This document shows, piece after piece, positions 50,414 to 60,615 of a stretch of 64,000 nucleotides of DNA (positions are counted from its first letter, which is position 1; every line of letters starts with the position of its first letter). The notes beneath the pieces are model-generated. The model was not told the origin of the DNA, did no database searches, and saw only the letters and a program-made list of their open reading frames with translations. Both the position numbers and the translations under genes were made by a program. This DNA is from a virus. Taxonomy: Duplodnaviria; Caudoviricetes. Location: the IMG/VR virus record IMGVR_UViG_3300029305_005724, positions 159,866 through 223,865 of that record. One strand, written 5' to 3'.

Positions 50414-51469
50414 AGGCATGGCCAGATAATGATGAAAGTATCTGCCATAATGAATTGTATGATTCCACTTATGTGTCATTTCATGTATGCCCGTAGAATT
50501 ACTAATTCTACAGAGTTTATTCTTAGCGTTTATGATATATTGATCAATCAATATAATCAGCAATATGGTATTGATATCTATAGTAAGTTATATGAAACAG
50601 CTATTTCAAATGTCTTGAGAACTGCAAAAAGAAATCAAGGTATTTGGAATATGCAAGATATTAGAGGTATTAATACTACAATTCACACTCTGCAGTCTGT
50701 GCAGAATGTATTAATCAACATTATGCCTAAGTATCGTTATGATGGAAACCTTGTGCATCTTAACTATAAAAGTATTTTGCGTAATACAGGTTTCCAGATT
50801 TTAGATATAGAGTATGAATATTCATTTGTAAGTCTTTCTTCGTCTAGAAGAGATGAGGATCTTAATTCTGAGTTTGATAAATTTGAAAGCTTTTTGCAAA
50901 AGAGCGATGAATCGTTGCTTTTATTAAATCAAACAGCAAGTGATGATGCAATGAATCAGATTCGCATGATGTATGGTCCTTTCGATGAAGAAGAAATTCA
51001 ATTCTATAAGCATCGTCTTTCTAATGGTGCTAAATGTACAGTAAACTCATTCCAGAGAGATTTAGTATTTAATTTATTTTTCAAGTACTTTGGAGATACG
51101 AATACTATTAATGCTATTAACTTGGATGATTATATTGTGCTTATTATTGCAGCAAAACGTATTTTAGAAGCTTCTGGAATGGTTCTGCTGCCTTATATTG
51201 CCAGTTCTAAAGTTACAAGATTGGCTACTCGCAAGAATGTCAATAAAAAAGAACTGACTAAACTTGAGTCCTCTCCTCTATGGGCTAAGATAAAAGACAA
51301 ATATCGTAATGATAAGATTGAAAAGCATATCCTTAGTTTGATTGCTATCATTCTTAGTTCTGAATTTGAAATTATCGACCCTGAGGATGAGTGTTTAGAT
51401 GGACAGCCTATCTCGATTATTCCAGAATTGATTTGTGAAGAAATCTTGATGTATATTAGTCTGATCTAA
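50414..51469 (+). CDS. Sigma-like nvRNAP subunit, exon 2
   Basis: RHGQIMMKVSAIMNCMIPLMCHF..SKLY..IW..PKY..LSSSRRDED..LICEEILMYISLI; no RBS for an independent start; terminator at 51476-51512. Confidence 0.75.
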   Translation, partial: RHGQIMMKVSAIMNCMIPLMCHFMYARRITNSTEFILSVYDILINQYNQQYGIDIYSKLYETAISNVLRTAKRNQGIWNMQDIRGINTTIHTLQSVQNVLINIMPKYRYDGNLVHLNYKSILRNTGFQILDIEYEYSFVSLSSSRRDEDLNSEFDKFESFLQKSDESLLLLNQTASDDAMNQIRMMYGPFDEEEIQFYKHRLSNGAKCTVNSFQRDLVFNLFFKYFGDTNTINAINLDDYIVLIIAAKRILEASGMVLLPYIASSKVTRLATRKNVNKKELTKLESSPLWAKIKDKYRNDKIEKHILSLIAIILSSEFEIIDPEDECLDGQPISIIPELICEEILMYISLI

Positions 51470-51611
51470 ATTATTAAAGAGACTAGCTTCTAATAATGAA
51501 GCTAGTCTCTTTTATTTTTTTTTGTAAAGGTGTATATTAATAGATATATAATATAATTATGAGTAGCAAAATAAACCACATTAAAGTTGCTACTAGAAAA
51601 GGAGAAATAAA

Positions 51612-52247
51612 ATGAAATATCTTACAGTAAATGAAGCAGCTAAAAAGTATGGAGTTAGTACTGCTACATTAATTCGACGCTTAAAAGATATTTTTCAATA
51701 TGAAAAATATCCAAATAAAAATATAGATGGAATTTTATATAATAAATCCAATGATCAAGAACATAGGTTTTCTATTCCCGAAACTTGCAGCTATATTCCA
51801 ATGCCATTAAATGAACGAAGGCAAATAATAAATAAAAGATTTATAAAGTTAAATTCTGGGCTTTTCGTATATGGGATAAAATTTGATATTTTAGAGGATA
51901 TCGAATTTATCATTCCAATAAAACATCATATCGAGCAGTCTTCTACAAAAAATCATTACACTATACATATCATATCAGAAAATAATCGAAATCGTTATAT
52001 TCCGGATATATCTTGGATTGATAAGTTCTTTAAAGCTATTTATATTGATAATGAAGAGCTTTTAGAAAATATCGCTTCATTGTCAGAAACTTGTTCAGAA
52101 CTTGAAATAACTTTTGATAAAAACTGGAGATTGGCACAGATTACTTATTTATATCCAAATAGTATTTATCGATTTACTGCTGTTTCTTTGATAGGTAGTA
52201 ATCTTAAATTGCTAAATAATAGATGCCTACTCAGAGAATACTATTAA
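51612..52247 (+). CDS. Protein with N-terminal HTH_17/excisionase-like DNA-binding motif
   Basis: YLTVNEAAKKYGVSTATLIRR; early motif at 51544. Confidence 0.75.
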   Translation: MKYLTVNEAAKKYGVSTATLIRRLKDIFQYEKYPNKNIDGILYNKSNDQEHRFSIPETCSYIPMPLNERRQIINKRFIKLNSGLFVYGIKFDILEDIEFIIPIKHHIEQSSTKNHYTIHIISENNRNRYIPDISWIDKFFKAIYIDNEELLENIASLSETCSELEITFDKNWRLAQITYLYPNSIYRFTAVSLIGSNLKLLNNRCLLREYY

Positions 52248-52331
52248 TGAAAAAAAAATAAAAGGGAATTCCCTTTTATTTTTTATAAGCATATATTATA
52301 ATAGTAATAATACAGAAGGAGGAGTGTTACT

Positions 52332-52817
52332 ATGAGTAATGCAAGATATTTAAAAGAAGAACCTGTAGAACCGTTGATTCTTGAACCTGAGGATTGGTCT
52401 CCTGAAGAATGAAAAACAATTCTTAAGCTTTTCGGAATGGAATCTGCTGACAGAATCAAAATTAGTGATTATGTTTTTGAAGCTTATGGGGTTGAGAAAG
52501 ACACTAATAAAGATTCTATTATTGAAGAGCCTAAGCCCGATATGGGAGTTCTTGAAATGTGCGATCTTCTCGATTCAATTCGCAAGTCTTATGAGAAAAA
52601 GCTTTGTAGTGATGTGAAGAGAGAAGTATGCATCAGAGTTCCTAATTCTCAAGAAAAATTACGAATTGGTAATAAGATTCATAACCAGCTTGTTGGAAAT
52701 CAAGATTATATCGGTGATAGAATTATTCTATCAATGTCACAGGATACAGAGCCGAATGATACTGTAGTTCTTACAGTCTTTAATGATTCTGAAACAGATC
52801 CTGAAATCAAGATCTAA
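52332..52817 (+). pseudogene. Hypothetical gene with an in-frame TGA at 52410 (nonsense or readthrough)
   Basis: AAGGAGGAG RBS at ATG 52332, in frame with ORF 52437..52817; reads EDWSPEE*KTILKLFG. Confidence 0.7.
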
Positions 52818-52878
52818 GAAAACAGAGGGAGGAATATCCTCCCTCTTAACTTTTATATTATGCATAACTATTTATTAT

Positions 52879-52955
52879 GGGCCGTTAGCTTAGATGGTTA
52901 AAGCACCTGACTCATAATCAGAAGACCGTGAGATCGTGCCTCACACGGCCCACCA
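52879..52955 (+). tRNA. tRNA with CAU anticodon (Ile2-like, or Met)
   Basis: GGGCCGT/ACGGCCC acceptor; CAT at 52913-52915; A plus CCA; atypical T-loop ATCGTGC; own promoter at 52866 and terminator at 52959-52988. Confidence 0.9.
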
Positions 52956-53087
52956 GCATAAAGGAAGAGATTTTAATCTCTTCCTTTATTTTTTTTTGAT
53001 GATTATTTTAAGCATATAATATAAATATAGAAAGCTGTGAAGTTGTACAATAACTTCAACTAAAAAATAAGAAAGAGGTGTTAAATA

Positions 53088-53582
53088 ATGAAATTTACCA
53101 CATCCAAAACAAAATTTCAATTAAGCAAAATTCCTATCATATTAACATTGATAATTCTAGTTGGAATACTAGTAGTATCAATGTGGTTTGATTTTTGCAC
53201 TCTACCTATACCATATATTATTATGGCTATAGTATTAACAGAGTCTGCATCTGTTATTCAAAAAGGATTAATATTTCTTATATTTTCAAATAGAATTTCT
53301 AAATTACGGCCATTCGATGGTGTGGCCAATAATATTCGAATTTCTATTGTGGATGATAATTACGATTTCTTTGGAATGATTTTCGTAATTTCTGCGATTA
53401 TTCATATATCTATCATCACATTTATATTATTTCTACAAAATCCAAATATGATATGGCCTCAGATACTTATTGTAAGTTTAATATCGATACATATTTTTAT
53501 AAATATGAAATTAGCTAATAAGTATTTTGATCTAGAGGATATCATAAAAGAATATAAATCAAAAGGAGTTTATTGGAAATGA
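53088..53582 (+). CDS. Membrane protein (about 4 TM)
   Basis: Hydrophobic helices; early motif at 53013. Confidence 0.75.
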   Translation: MKFTTSKTKFQLSKIPIILTLIILVGILVVSMWFDFCTLPIPYIIMAIVLTESASVIQKGLIFLIFSNRISKLRPFDGVANNIRISIVDDNYDFFGMIFVISAIIHISIITFILFLQNPNMIWPQILIVSLISIHIFINMKLANKYFDLEDIIKEYKSKGVYWK

Positions 53583-54417
53583 TTATTAATAAGTCTAAAG
53601 AAAAGAAGATTGCCCGTTACCTTACAATTATATCAAGTGCAATATTCATTATCTCTTGTCTGATTACAAGATTTTATGGGGGAGATTGGTATATTGCTTG
53701 TGCTTATTTGTGTAATATAATTCCTGGTTGTGTTTGGGTAATTACAAACCTTATAAACTATATACACTTGCATAAAATTGAGCAGAAGCCTCGGTTGTAT
53801 GAAAATGATATTAGAGATGTACTTATTGAGGTGTTTAAACCTAGTATTACCTCATATATCCCTATTACACTTTTGCTTGCTCTTTCTGCTATTATTCTAA
53901 CCAGTAGAGCAGAAATTAATCATGCATTCTTTATTATGATTATTGAGTGTGTAATGCTTATGACTGGTTGAGCATTTGGCATATGACAAATAATCTTAAA
54001 GCGATTCTTAGAGCTCGCCATATTAACCAAAATAGGGTTCCTAAAACTGCTATTGATAAGACGAGACCTGGGATTATAATTTACTTTGAGGATGGTCCTC
54101 TTGATTTCGAAACGCCTAGCGATATTATTAAACTAGATGCCTCTATGGGATTTAGTTATTGTGAAGGTGTTCTTGAAAATGCTCGTATTGCATCTAAAGG
54201 AAATAGAAGTAAATATTTCATAATTTATACGAATTATCTTGCTGCTCTTAATCCTTTATTTACATGGAATGAAGAATCAAAAATGTATCAAGTTCTTATT
54301 AAGCTGTCTTCTGGTGAATGGAGGCTTATTCAAGATTTGACGCAACGTGAACTTAGACCGGCCCATAATATCGAAAAGATGTATATAGCCGGAGAATTTA
54401 GACTTCAAGGAGAATAA
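53579..54417 (+). pseudogene. Membrane protein plus soluble domain, apparently split by a 1-nt frameshift near 53968
   Basis: The fourth TM helix continues in the other frame (MLMTG/LSIWHMTNN); the second ORF lacks an RBS. Confidence 0.5.
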
Positions 54418-54419
54418 AA

Positions 54420-54974
54420 ATGAATACATACAAATTAACAGAGCTTAGAAATGATTTCTTTAAATCTACTAAGCAAAAGATATTTATTTATCTTAATATT
54501 GCTATACTTATATTTGATGTCTTTTATTATATATTTAATATAGAAGCACCAAAATGGAATATAGCATTATGGTATTTAGCAATAATTATCATTTTATCAC
54601 AATTACTTATTTTCTGTTGTAGTCCCCTTATTCAACTTAATGAGCTATTGAAAGTTACAATAGAAAATTGCGAATTACCTACTGCTACTGTCGAGGATAA
54701 AAAGTGGGCTATAGGCAATGCAGAAACTTGCTATAATGATTCAACCTGCGGGCTTTGTTGTATAAGCATTATTTTAAAAGATATAGTATTTCTTATATTC
54801 AATATCGTAGGTATTATAAGATGCCCTTGGTGGGCAGACATTATTCTGGTTATTTTAACACTTGGAATTTGTCTTTTATTTGCAGCTGAAATTGCATTTA
54901 TAAGAGAAGATATCAAGTTTATGAAATCTTTAAGAAAGGTAAAGAAAGAAATTTATGGGGAAATTAAAAATTGA
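54420..54974 (+). CDS. Membrane protein (about 4 TM)
   Basis: AAGGAG RBS; hydrophobic helices. Confidence 0.75.
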   Translation: MNTYKLTELRNDFFKSTKQKIFIYLNIAILIFDVFYYIFNIEAPKWNIALWYLAIIIILSQLLIFCCSPLIQLNELLKVTIENCELPTATVEDKKWAIGNAETCYNDSTCGLCCISIILKDIVFLIFNIVGIIRCPWWADIILVILTLGICLLFAAEIAFIREDIKFMKSLRKVKKEIYGEIKN

Positions 54975-55383
54975 ACCTGGGTTGATTTGTTCTTTCGATC
55001 CGACTAATAGATATAATAATAAAGAGCAAAGCGTTGATACTGTTATAGTTATTAAACGTCTTAGCTGGAAGCCTTTTGGTAAAAGTTTGTGGGAAGTCAA
55101 AGATAAAGAAAATGATAATGCACCTACAATGTGTTGTCTCGAGAGTGATCTCAAGCCTAGAAATATGTGCATTGTTCGTTATCCTGCAGATCTTCCAATA
55201 TTCAATGATACAGATAAAGTTGCTATAGATAGTACCATCGAATTTCTTGAGGAACTATTTCAATTAGCAAAAAATGATCAGCCACTAATAGTTGGCGGCA
55301 AACAGTTTTCAACAAAAGATCTTAAAAGACTTAAGGCTATTAAGTCTAAAATAGATCTTGGATTAAGCCTAAGGGAGGTATAA
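54955..55383 (+). CDS. Hypothetical protein
   Basis: Overlapping operon ORF. Confidence 0.7.
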   Translation: MGKLKIEPGLICSFDPTNRYNNKEQSVDTVIVIKRLSWKPFGKSLWEVKDKENDNAPTMCCLESDLKPRNMCIVRYPADLPIFNDTDKVAIDSTIEFLEELFQLAKNDQPLIVGGKQFSTKDLKRLKAIKSKIDLGLSLREV

Positions 55384-55385
55384 TC

Positions 55386-55670
55386 TTGACTGAGGATAAG
55401 AGCAATAATAATGTAGAACTCATTGAACCTATGGTTTTCCTAGATCCAATGGAGAACTATATTTCTACCCGTTTGACTAAGATGCAGCTTGCAGATCTTC
55501 GTAAGTATAAGCATCTTACGCAAAAAGAAGTTGCAAGCATGACTGGATTATCTATTCAGTGTATTTCTGATATTGAAAATAGTGGTAGTGGTAATCCTAC
55601 ACTTAAGAGTCTTATTAAATATCTTGAATGTATGGGTTATGAAATCTGTTTTCAAAAGAAACAAGTATAA
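55386..55670 (+). CDS. XRE-family HTH protein
   Basis: LRKYKHLTQKEVASMTGLSIQCISDIEN..NPTLKSL; GGAGG then TTG start. Confidence 0.9.
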   Translation: MTEDKSNNNVELIEPMVFLDPMENYISTRLTKMQLADLRKYKHLTQKEVASMTGLSIQCISDIENSGSGNPTLKSLIKYLECMGYEICFQKKQV

Positions 55671-55682
55671 GGAGAAAGACCA

Positions 55683-56246
55683 ATGAAACAAATTGGAATA
55701 ATATCTCAATGCGACAATAGCAAAATGCATAAAGAGATTCTTTCAATAATAACTGATAAAGACTTAGATCAGGAAAAGGAGAAAGTAAAAATCAATGTTC
55801 TTTTTCTTGATTATGATGGAGTCGTAAATACTCCAATGTGGAATGAAGATGGAACACATTGCAGCTTTGCTACAAGAGTTGTTAATAACTTTCAGGCATG
55901 CCAGTGGGTTTCAGAATTCTGCAAGAAATATAATTTCAAAATAGTTGTTACGTCAACATGGCGCGTTTCCGATGATTATAAAGAAGCTTTATACAAAGGA
56001 GGACTTCGCCAATCAATAGAGGTAATCGATAGAACTCCTGTATTACGGACAATTCGTGGAGATGAAATTCAAGCATGGTTGGATATGCATCCAGAGACTG
56101 ATAAGTTTATTATTGTAGACGATGATACGGATATGGGTAATTTAAAAGACCATTTGCTTAAAACTGATTCTTGTGTAGGATTTACAATGAGATCTTTTGC
56201 AAAGATTGAAAAGCTATATAAGAATTTATATGAAAGGCAAGAGTAA
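55683..56246 (+). CDS. HAD phosphatase (Swiss-Army-Knife RNA-repair type)
   Basis: FLDYDGV, VTSTWR, RGDEIQAWL and IVDDD motifs. Confidence 0.88.
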   Translation: MKQIGIISQCDNSKMHKEILSIITDKDLDQEKEKVKINVLFLDYDGVVNTPMWNEDGTHCSFATRVVNNFQACQWVSEFCKKYNFKIVVTSTWRVSDDYKEALYKGGLRQSIEVIDRTPVLRTIRGDEIQAWLDMHPETDKFIIVDDDTDMGNLKDHLLKTDSCVGFTMRSFAKIEKLYKNLYERQE

Positions 56247-56285
56247 TTCTTGCCTTTCAGTTATTTTATAAAGAAAGGAAAAATT

Positions 56286-56822
56286 ATGTATATTGATGGA
56301 AATTTTAAAGTATTTCAATATTTAGAAGATGAGAGAATAGTGGGTCCTATTTTCGAATGCGATGAACTTATGGCTCCAATTATCTCACTTCTAAATAGAG
56401 CTGGCTTAAAGACAGTGTATTGCTGTTCTGGTCATGCTTGCGATCATGCCCTTAAAGGTAAAGACGACAACAACAATGATATCGTAGAAATTGTTCCTGA
56501 TATTGGGGCATATATTGCTTTTGAACTAGATCCTGCAATGAAACTTTTATTAAAATCATTTGGGTTGCCAAATGATTTTTACTATGATGAGAATAATTAT
56601 ATCTATGAAAATATAATTTGTATTCGCTATGATTATAAAAATCTTAATGATATGGATACATATTTTATTGAGCAATTAGATATGGTTAAATCTCTATTTC
56701 TATGGGCTAAAGATGTGCATAATAAAATAAAAGATGAAACCTATGACAAAGTTTCTAAAATAAGTGCATCTGGTAGCTTTGATTCTATGAAAGAATTCAA
56801 AGAGTTTAATGTTTTAAATTAA
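56286..56822 (+). CDS. Hypothetical protein with TYW3-like motif
   Basis: DELMAPIISLLN..G..T..CCSGH. Confidence 0.55.
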   Translation: MYIDGNFKVFQYLEDERIVGPIFECDELMAPIISLLNRAGLKTVYCCSGHACDHALKGKDDNNNDIVEIVPDIGAYIAFELDPAMKLLLKSFGLPNDFYYDENNYIYENIICIRYDYKNLNDMDTYFIEQLDMVKSLFLWAKDVHNKIKDETYDKVSKISASGSFDSMKEFKEFNVLN

Positions 56823-56874
56823 CTAAGCTTTAGACATACAAATAATTAGTTTATGAAAGGAGGTATCTTTAGAG

Positions 56875-57921
56875 ATGGCTCAAAATGAAACAATTGAAGC
56901 GTTTGAGGCTTTGAAAGCCTATATGAAAGAAACAAGAAAAGGTAAACTTGTGAGTGGCGGAAAAGAAATTCTTAAAAGATGTCATATCTGTGGTGACTCT
57001 AGAGATTCCTCTAAAGCTCATATGTATATAGGAATTCGAAATGGGCTTCTTATGTACAACTGCTTTAAGTGTAATAGCGGAGGAGTTGTAGATGCTAAGT
57101 TTCTGAAAGATATTGAGATTGAAGATGATCGTATCATTAATGTCTGTCAGGAGCATAATAGTAAAGTTATTGAAACTAACTCAGCACAATTTGGTCAACT
57201 TGGAAAGGGTATAAAACAAAGGCATCCTCTTATACCTCTTTCCAATAATGAATTTGCTCAAAAGAAATTATCTTATATATCGAATAGAATGGGTCACTTA
57301 TTCAATACTAATGATGCTGCTAAATTTAAAATAATTTTGAACCTTAAAGATTTTCTAGATATCAATGGTATTGAAAAATATACTCGTCATCCGGATATGA
57401 TTGATCTTATCGATAAATTCTTTGTCGGATTTTTATCGATGGATAATAGATATGTAATGCTTAGACGTCTAGTGCCCGAAGGAAAGTTGCCAGAATTTAT
57501 TGATTATAGATATATCAATTATGATATATTAGGTTCTGGTGATGATGCTATGAAGTATTACATTATCCCAAATATTATAAATCTCAACATGCCTTTAGAT
57601 ATTCATATAGCTGAAGGAGCATTTGATATATTGTCGATATATCTTCATGTAGCACCAATGGGAGCAAATGCAGTATATGCGGCTATCGGTGGCAAGTCTT
57701 ATTTTAATCTTATAAAATTCTTTATTATGCAATATGGATTTCTAGGGTTTAATCTCCATATTTATCCAGATGCTGATATAGATGATAGAGAGTTTAGAAG
57801 GATTAAAGAAATATTGCAACCATTTAACATTCCTATCTGGATTCATCGCAATAGAGCTGATGGCCAAAAAGATTATGGCGTTAGAATGGATCAGATAATT
57901 GATATGAAATATAAGTTATAA
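56875..57921 (+). CDS. DNA primase (Zn ribbon plus TOPRIM)
   Basis: CHICGDS..CFKC; IAEGAFD; YPDAD; KDYG. Confidence 0.88.
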   Translation: MAQNETIEAFEALKAYMKETRKGKLVSGGKEILKRCHICGDSRDSSKAHMYIGIRNGLLMYNCFKCNSGGVVDAKFLKDIEIEDDRIINVCQEHNSKVIETNSAQFGQLGKGIKQRHPLIPLSNNEFAQKKLSYISNRMGHLFNTNDAAKFKIILNLKDFLDINGIEKYTRHPDMIDLIDKFFVGFLSMDNRYVMLRRLVPEGKLPEFIDYRYINYDILGSGDDAMKYYIIPNIINLNMPLDIHIAEGAFDILSIYLHVAPMGANAVYAAIGGKSYFNLIKFFIMQYGFLGFNLHIYPDADIDDREFRRIKEILQPFNIPIWIHRNRADGQKDYGVRMDQIIDMKYKL

Positions 57922-58005
57922 GCCTTAGGATTTTGCTATGATCCTAAGGCTTATTTCTTTTTAACAATTTGATAATGGTTATTTTTTTATAAAGGAGGAT
58001 TTACC

Positions 58006-58827
58006 ATGGAACGTAAGTTTGGAGCTTTACTTCCTGTGATTGATGTACGAGACTATCAATATACTCCTGCAAAAGTTTGTGCAGTTGAAGAACTTCCTAA
58101 AGAATTTTCTCTAATCACCGCTGATGTTAGAGATCAAGGATCTGTAGGTTCTTGCGTTGCTCATGTTGCAGAAGAAATAGAGGAATATTTCAATCTTAAG
58201 CAGCATAATAGAACAGACAGGCTATCTCCTGGATATATTTATGGATGCCGTTATACATATAAGGGTGAAGGTATGTATCTTAGAGATGCTCTTAAAACTC
58301 TCCAAAAGCGTGGAATTGCTAAATGGGATGAATTCCCATACAATAAGGAAGTTCCTGATATTATTGATCTCTTTGAAGAGGTTGATGAATTTGAAACTGA
58401 CTCTCCGAATAAGATTTCTACTTATTTCTCTATTAGTGCTGATGATAGAGAATATAAGATTAAGAAAGCTCTTATGGATCATGGACCTGTAATGGTTTCT
58501 GTCAAATGGTATAGGGATATTAAGGTTAAGAATGGTATCATGACCACTTCGCAAACTGGTAATTTTGGATATCATTGTATTATGATCTATGGATGGAATG
58601 AAAAGGGATGGCTTATCCAGAATTCTTGGGGCAAGCTTTGGGGTAATAGAGGAAAAGCTGTATACCCTTATGAGTATCCTTTCGTAGAAGTATGGGGCAT
58701 TACCGATACTATTTATTCAGATGATATTAAAAAGAAAGATACCAAGAACAAATTTATTCAATGGCTTTATAAGATTTGTAATAAAGTTATTAATTTCTTT
58801 AAAGAGCTTTTTAATAAGAATAAGTAA
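58006..58827 (+). CDS. Papain-like C1 cysteine peptidase
   Basis: DQGSVGSCVA, GYHCIMIYGW and QNSWG..WG; late promoter at 57963-57974. Confidence 0.92.
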   Translation: MERKFGALLPVIDVRDYQYTPAKVCAVEELPKEFSLITADVRDQGSVGSCVAHVAEEIEEYFNLKQHNRTDRLSPGYIYGCRYTYKGEGMYLRDALKTLQKRGIAKWDEFPYNKEVPDIIDLFEEVDEFETDSPNKISTYFSISADDREYKIKKALMDHGPVMVSVKWYRDIKVKNGIMTTSQTGNFGYHCIMIYGWNEKGWLIQNSWGKLWGNRGKAVYPYEYPFVEVWGITDTIYSDDIKKKDTKNKFIQWLYKICNKVINFFKELFNKNK

Positions 58828-58926
58828 AAAATAAACGGCTAGAGCAATCTAGCCGTTTTTCTATTCGTTACTATTATACATTGAGTACACTTAAGTAAAA
58901 GAAAATATATAAGGAGAACTTGAGCA

Positions 58927-59286
58927 ATGAAAGATGTATATGATGTCGATTCATATCAACTGGTGAATCTATTTGAAAGACCAATGCTTTATACTGAAGA
59001 AAGAATTGATAGGGATAGCGTTCCTTATGAACTTTATCATTATGAGCTTAAAGGTTCTGATGTAGATCCTGGTAGATATGCTTCTATTGAAGAAGATTTT
59101 GTTTCTCGCAACTATACCGGTTGTGTTTTATCACTAGCCGAAATTGATTTCAGAGGCAGAGGATATGCTGATATCGAAGATATGATTGATTTCACTGGGG
59201 TAGAATATGAAGATCTTGATAGATTTATAGATGATTTTGATTCTCGTGAAAATGCGGAGCTCATAGATCCATTTATCTATGATTAA
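58927..59286 (+). CDS. LPD28-like domain protein
   Basis: LFERPMLYTEERIDRDSVP..LY.YELKGSD.DPG..IE..V..NYTG pattern, as recalled. Confidence 0.7.
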   Translation: MKDVYDVDSYQLVNLFERPMLYTEERIDRDSVPYELYHYELKGSDVDPGRYASIEEDFVSRNYTGCVLSLAEIDFRGRGYADIEDMIDFTGVEYEDLDRFIDDFDSRENAELIDPFIYD

Positions 59287-59364
59287 TATAAAGAGGAGCT
59301 TTCGAGCTCCTCTTTAATCTTGTCAACTTATTAATAATGAAAATAAATGCGGAGGTATCTACTT

Positions 59365-60576
59365 ATGGGAAAATTTACAGATACTAAGTATACAAATACT
59401 ATAGATAGCTTGGTGTCGGCCACCAAGTCCAAAATCAATAATCCATATTATATCTTTTCCGATAAGAAACCTACAAAGGTAACTTATTATTCTCAAAATA
59501 TTGAGAAATCTACTCTTGATGAGGCTTCTGGCCTGTATGAAGCTCATTTGGGAGGTCAATCGCCATTTAAGTATAATAAAATTTCTGACTTTATTGTTTA
59601 TGGAATTGAAAAGATTGCTACAGATTATGATCTAAATGACAATAATGGAATTGAAGCAAATGATATTACTGGAGAAGCATATATTCTACCAAATACTATT
59701 ACGCCTAGGCCTGGAGATTTCTTTTCTATAGCTCATATTAGCGAATCTATTCTTTTCAAAGTTAATTCCGTAACTGCAGATACTCTTGACAGTGGAGCAA
59801 ATTTCTATAGAGTAGAATATGCTCTTGAGAAGACAGATTCTACTGGTCAAATAGAAGATCAGGTTGAAAAGAATTTCAACTTTATTGCTACAAATATTGG
59901 GACAGATTTCAAGGCTATTGTTCAAGATTGTGATTATAAGATTATTGAAAATCTTGAAGTTTTGATTGAGAGGCTTATCACTTATTTCGAGAATATCTTC
60001 TTTGATGCAAGGCTTCAGACATTTGTATATAATCATGATGGGTGGAATATGTATGATCCGTTCTTGATTGAATTCCTTATTAGAAATAAAGTACTCGACT
60101 ATGCCGATAAGTTTATTTATGTAGCTCATGCAACTACCACAAATAAAACTTTTGGAATGGACTATTCTAGAACCTTCTTTAATGCTCTCGAGAATTGCAG
60201 TGTAGAAGATATAAGTATGAATATGACAGCAACTGCGGACCTTATTAATGATCCAAATTCTCTATTTGTAACCAAGATGGATTATTACTATGCAGTAAGA
60301 TATTTCGATAAAACTCCATATAAAACTAGATTTAATTCTATAGATCCAGATGTCATGGAGCATATTAAAAATAATAAAATGTATGAAAAAGGAAATAATA
60401 AAGAAATCTATAACCTTTGGATTGCATACTTTAATAGTGATGATGACTTTATTAAAGGAGATATTATAAGTCTTATTAAGAATGCTGATTATATGGATAA
60501 TCTTGAGCATTTCTATATGCTTATTATATCTATCTTTATCATCGAACAGTTTATTCAGAGATTGCTAAAGAAATAA
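59365..60576 (+). CDS. Putative virion neck/head-tail structural protein
   Basis: GGAGG before ATG 59365; late promoter at 59325; ILPNTI.PRPGDFF. Confidence 0.55.
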   Translation: MGKFTDTKYTNTIDSLVSATKSKINNPYYIFSDKKPTKVTYYSQNIEKSTLDEASGLYEAHLGGQSPFKYNKISDFIVYGIEKIATDYDLNDNNGIEANDITGEAYILPNTITPRPGDFFSIAHISESILFKVNSVTADTLDSGANFYRVEYALEKTDSTGQIEDQVEKNFNFIATNIGTDFKAIVQDCDYKIIENLEVLIERLITYFENIFFDARLQTFVYNHDGWNMYDPFLIEFLIRNKVLDYADKFIYVAHATTTNKTFGMDYSRTFFNALENCSVEDISMNMTATADLINDPNSLFVTKMDYYYAVRYFDKTPYKTRFNSIDPDVMEHIKNNKMYEKGNNKEIYNLWIAYFNSDDDFIKGDIISLIKNADYMDNLEHFYMLIISIFIIEQFIQRLLKK

Positions 60577-60580
60577 AATA

Positions 60581-60609
60581 AGTGGATAAGGAGAAATTCC
60601 TTATCCACT
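60581..60609. terminator. Bidirectional terminator
   Basis: AGTGGATAAGGA/TCCTTATCCACT between convergent genes. Confidence 0.8.
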
Positions 60610-60615
60610 ATTCTT

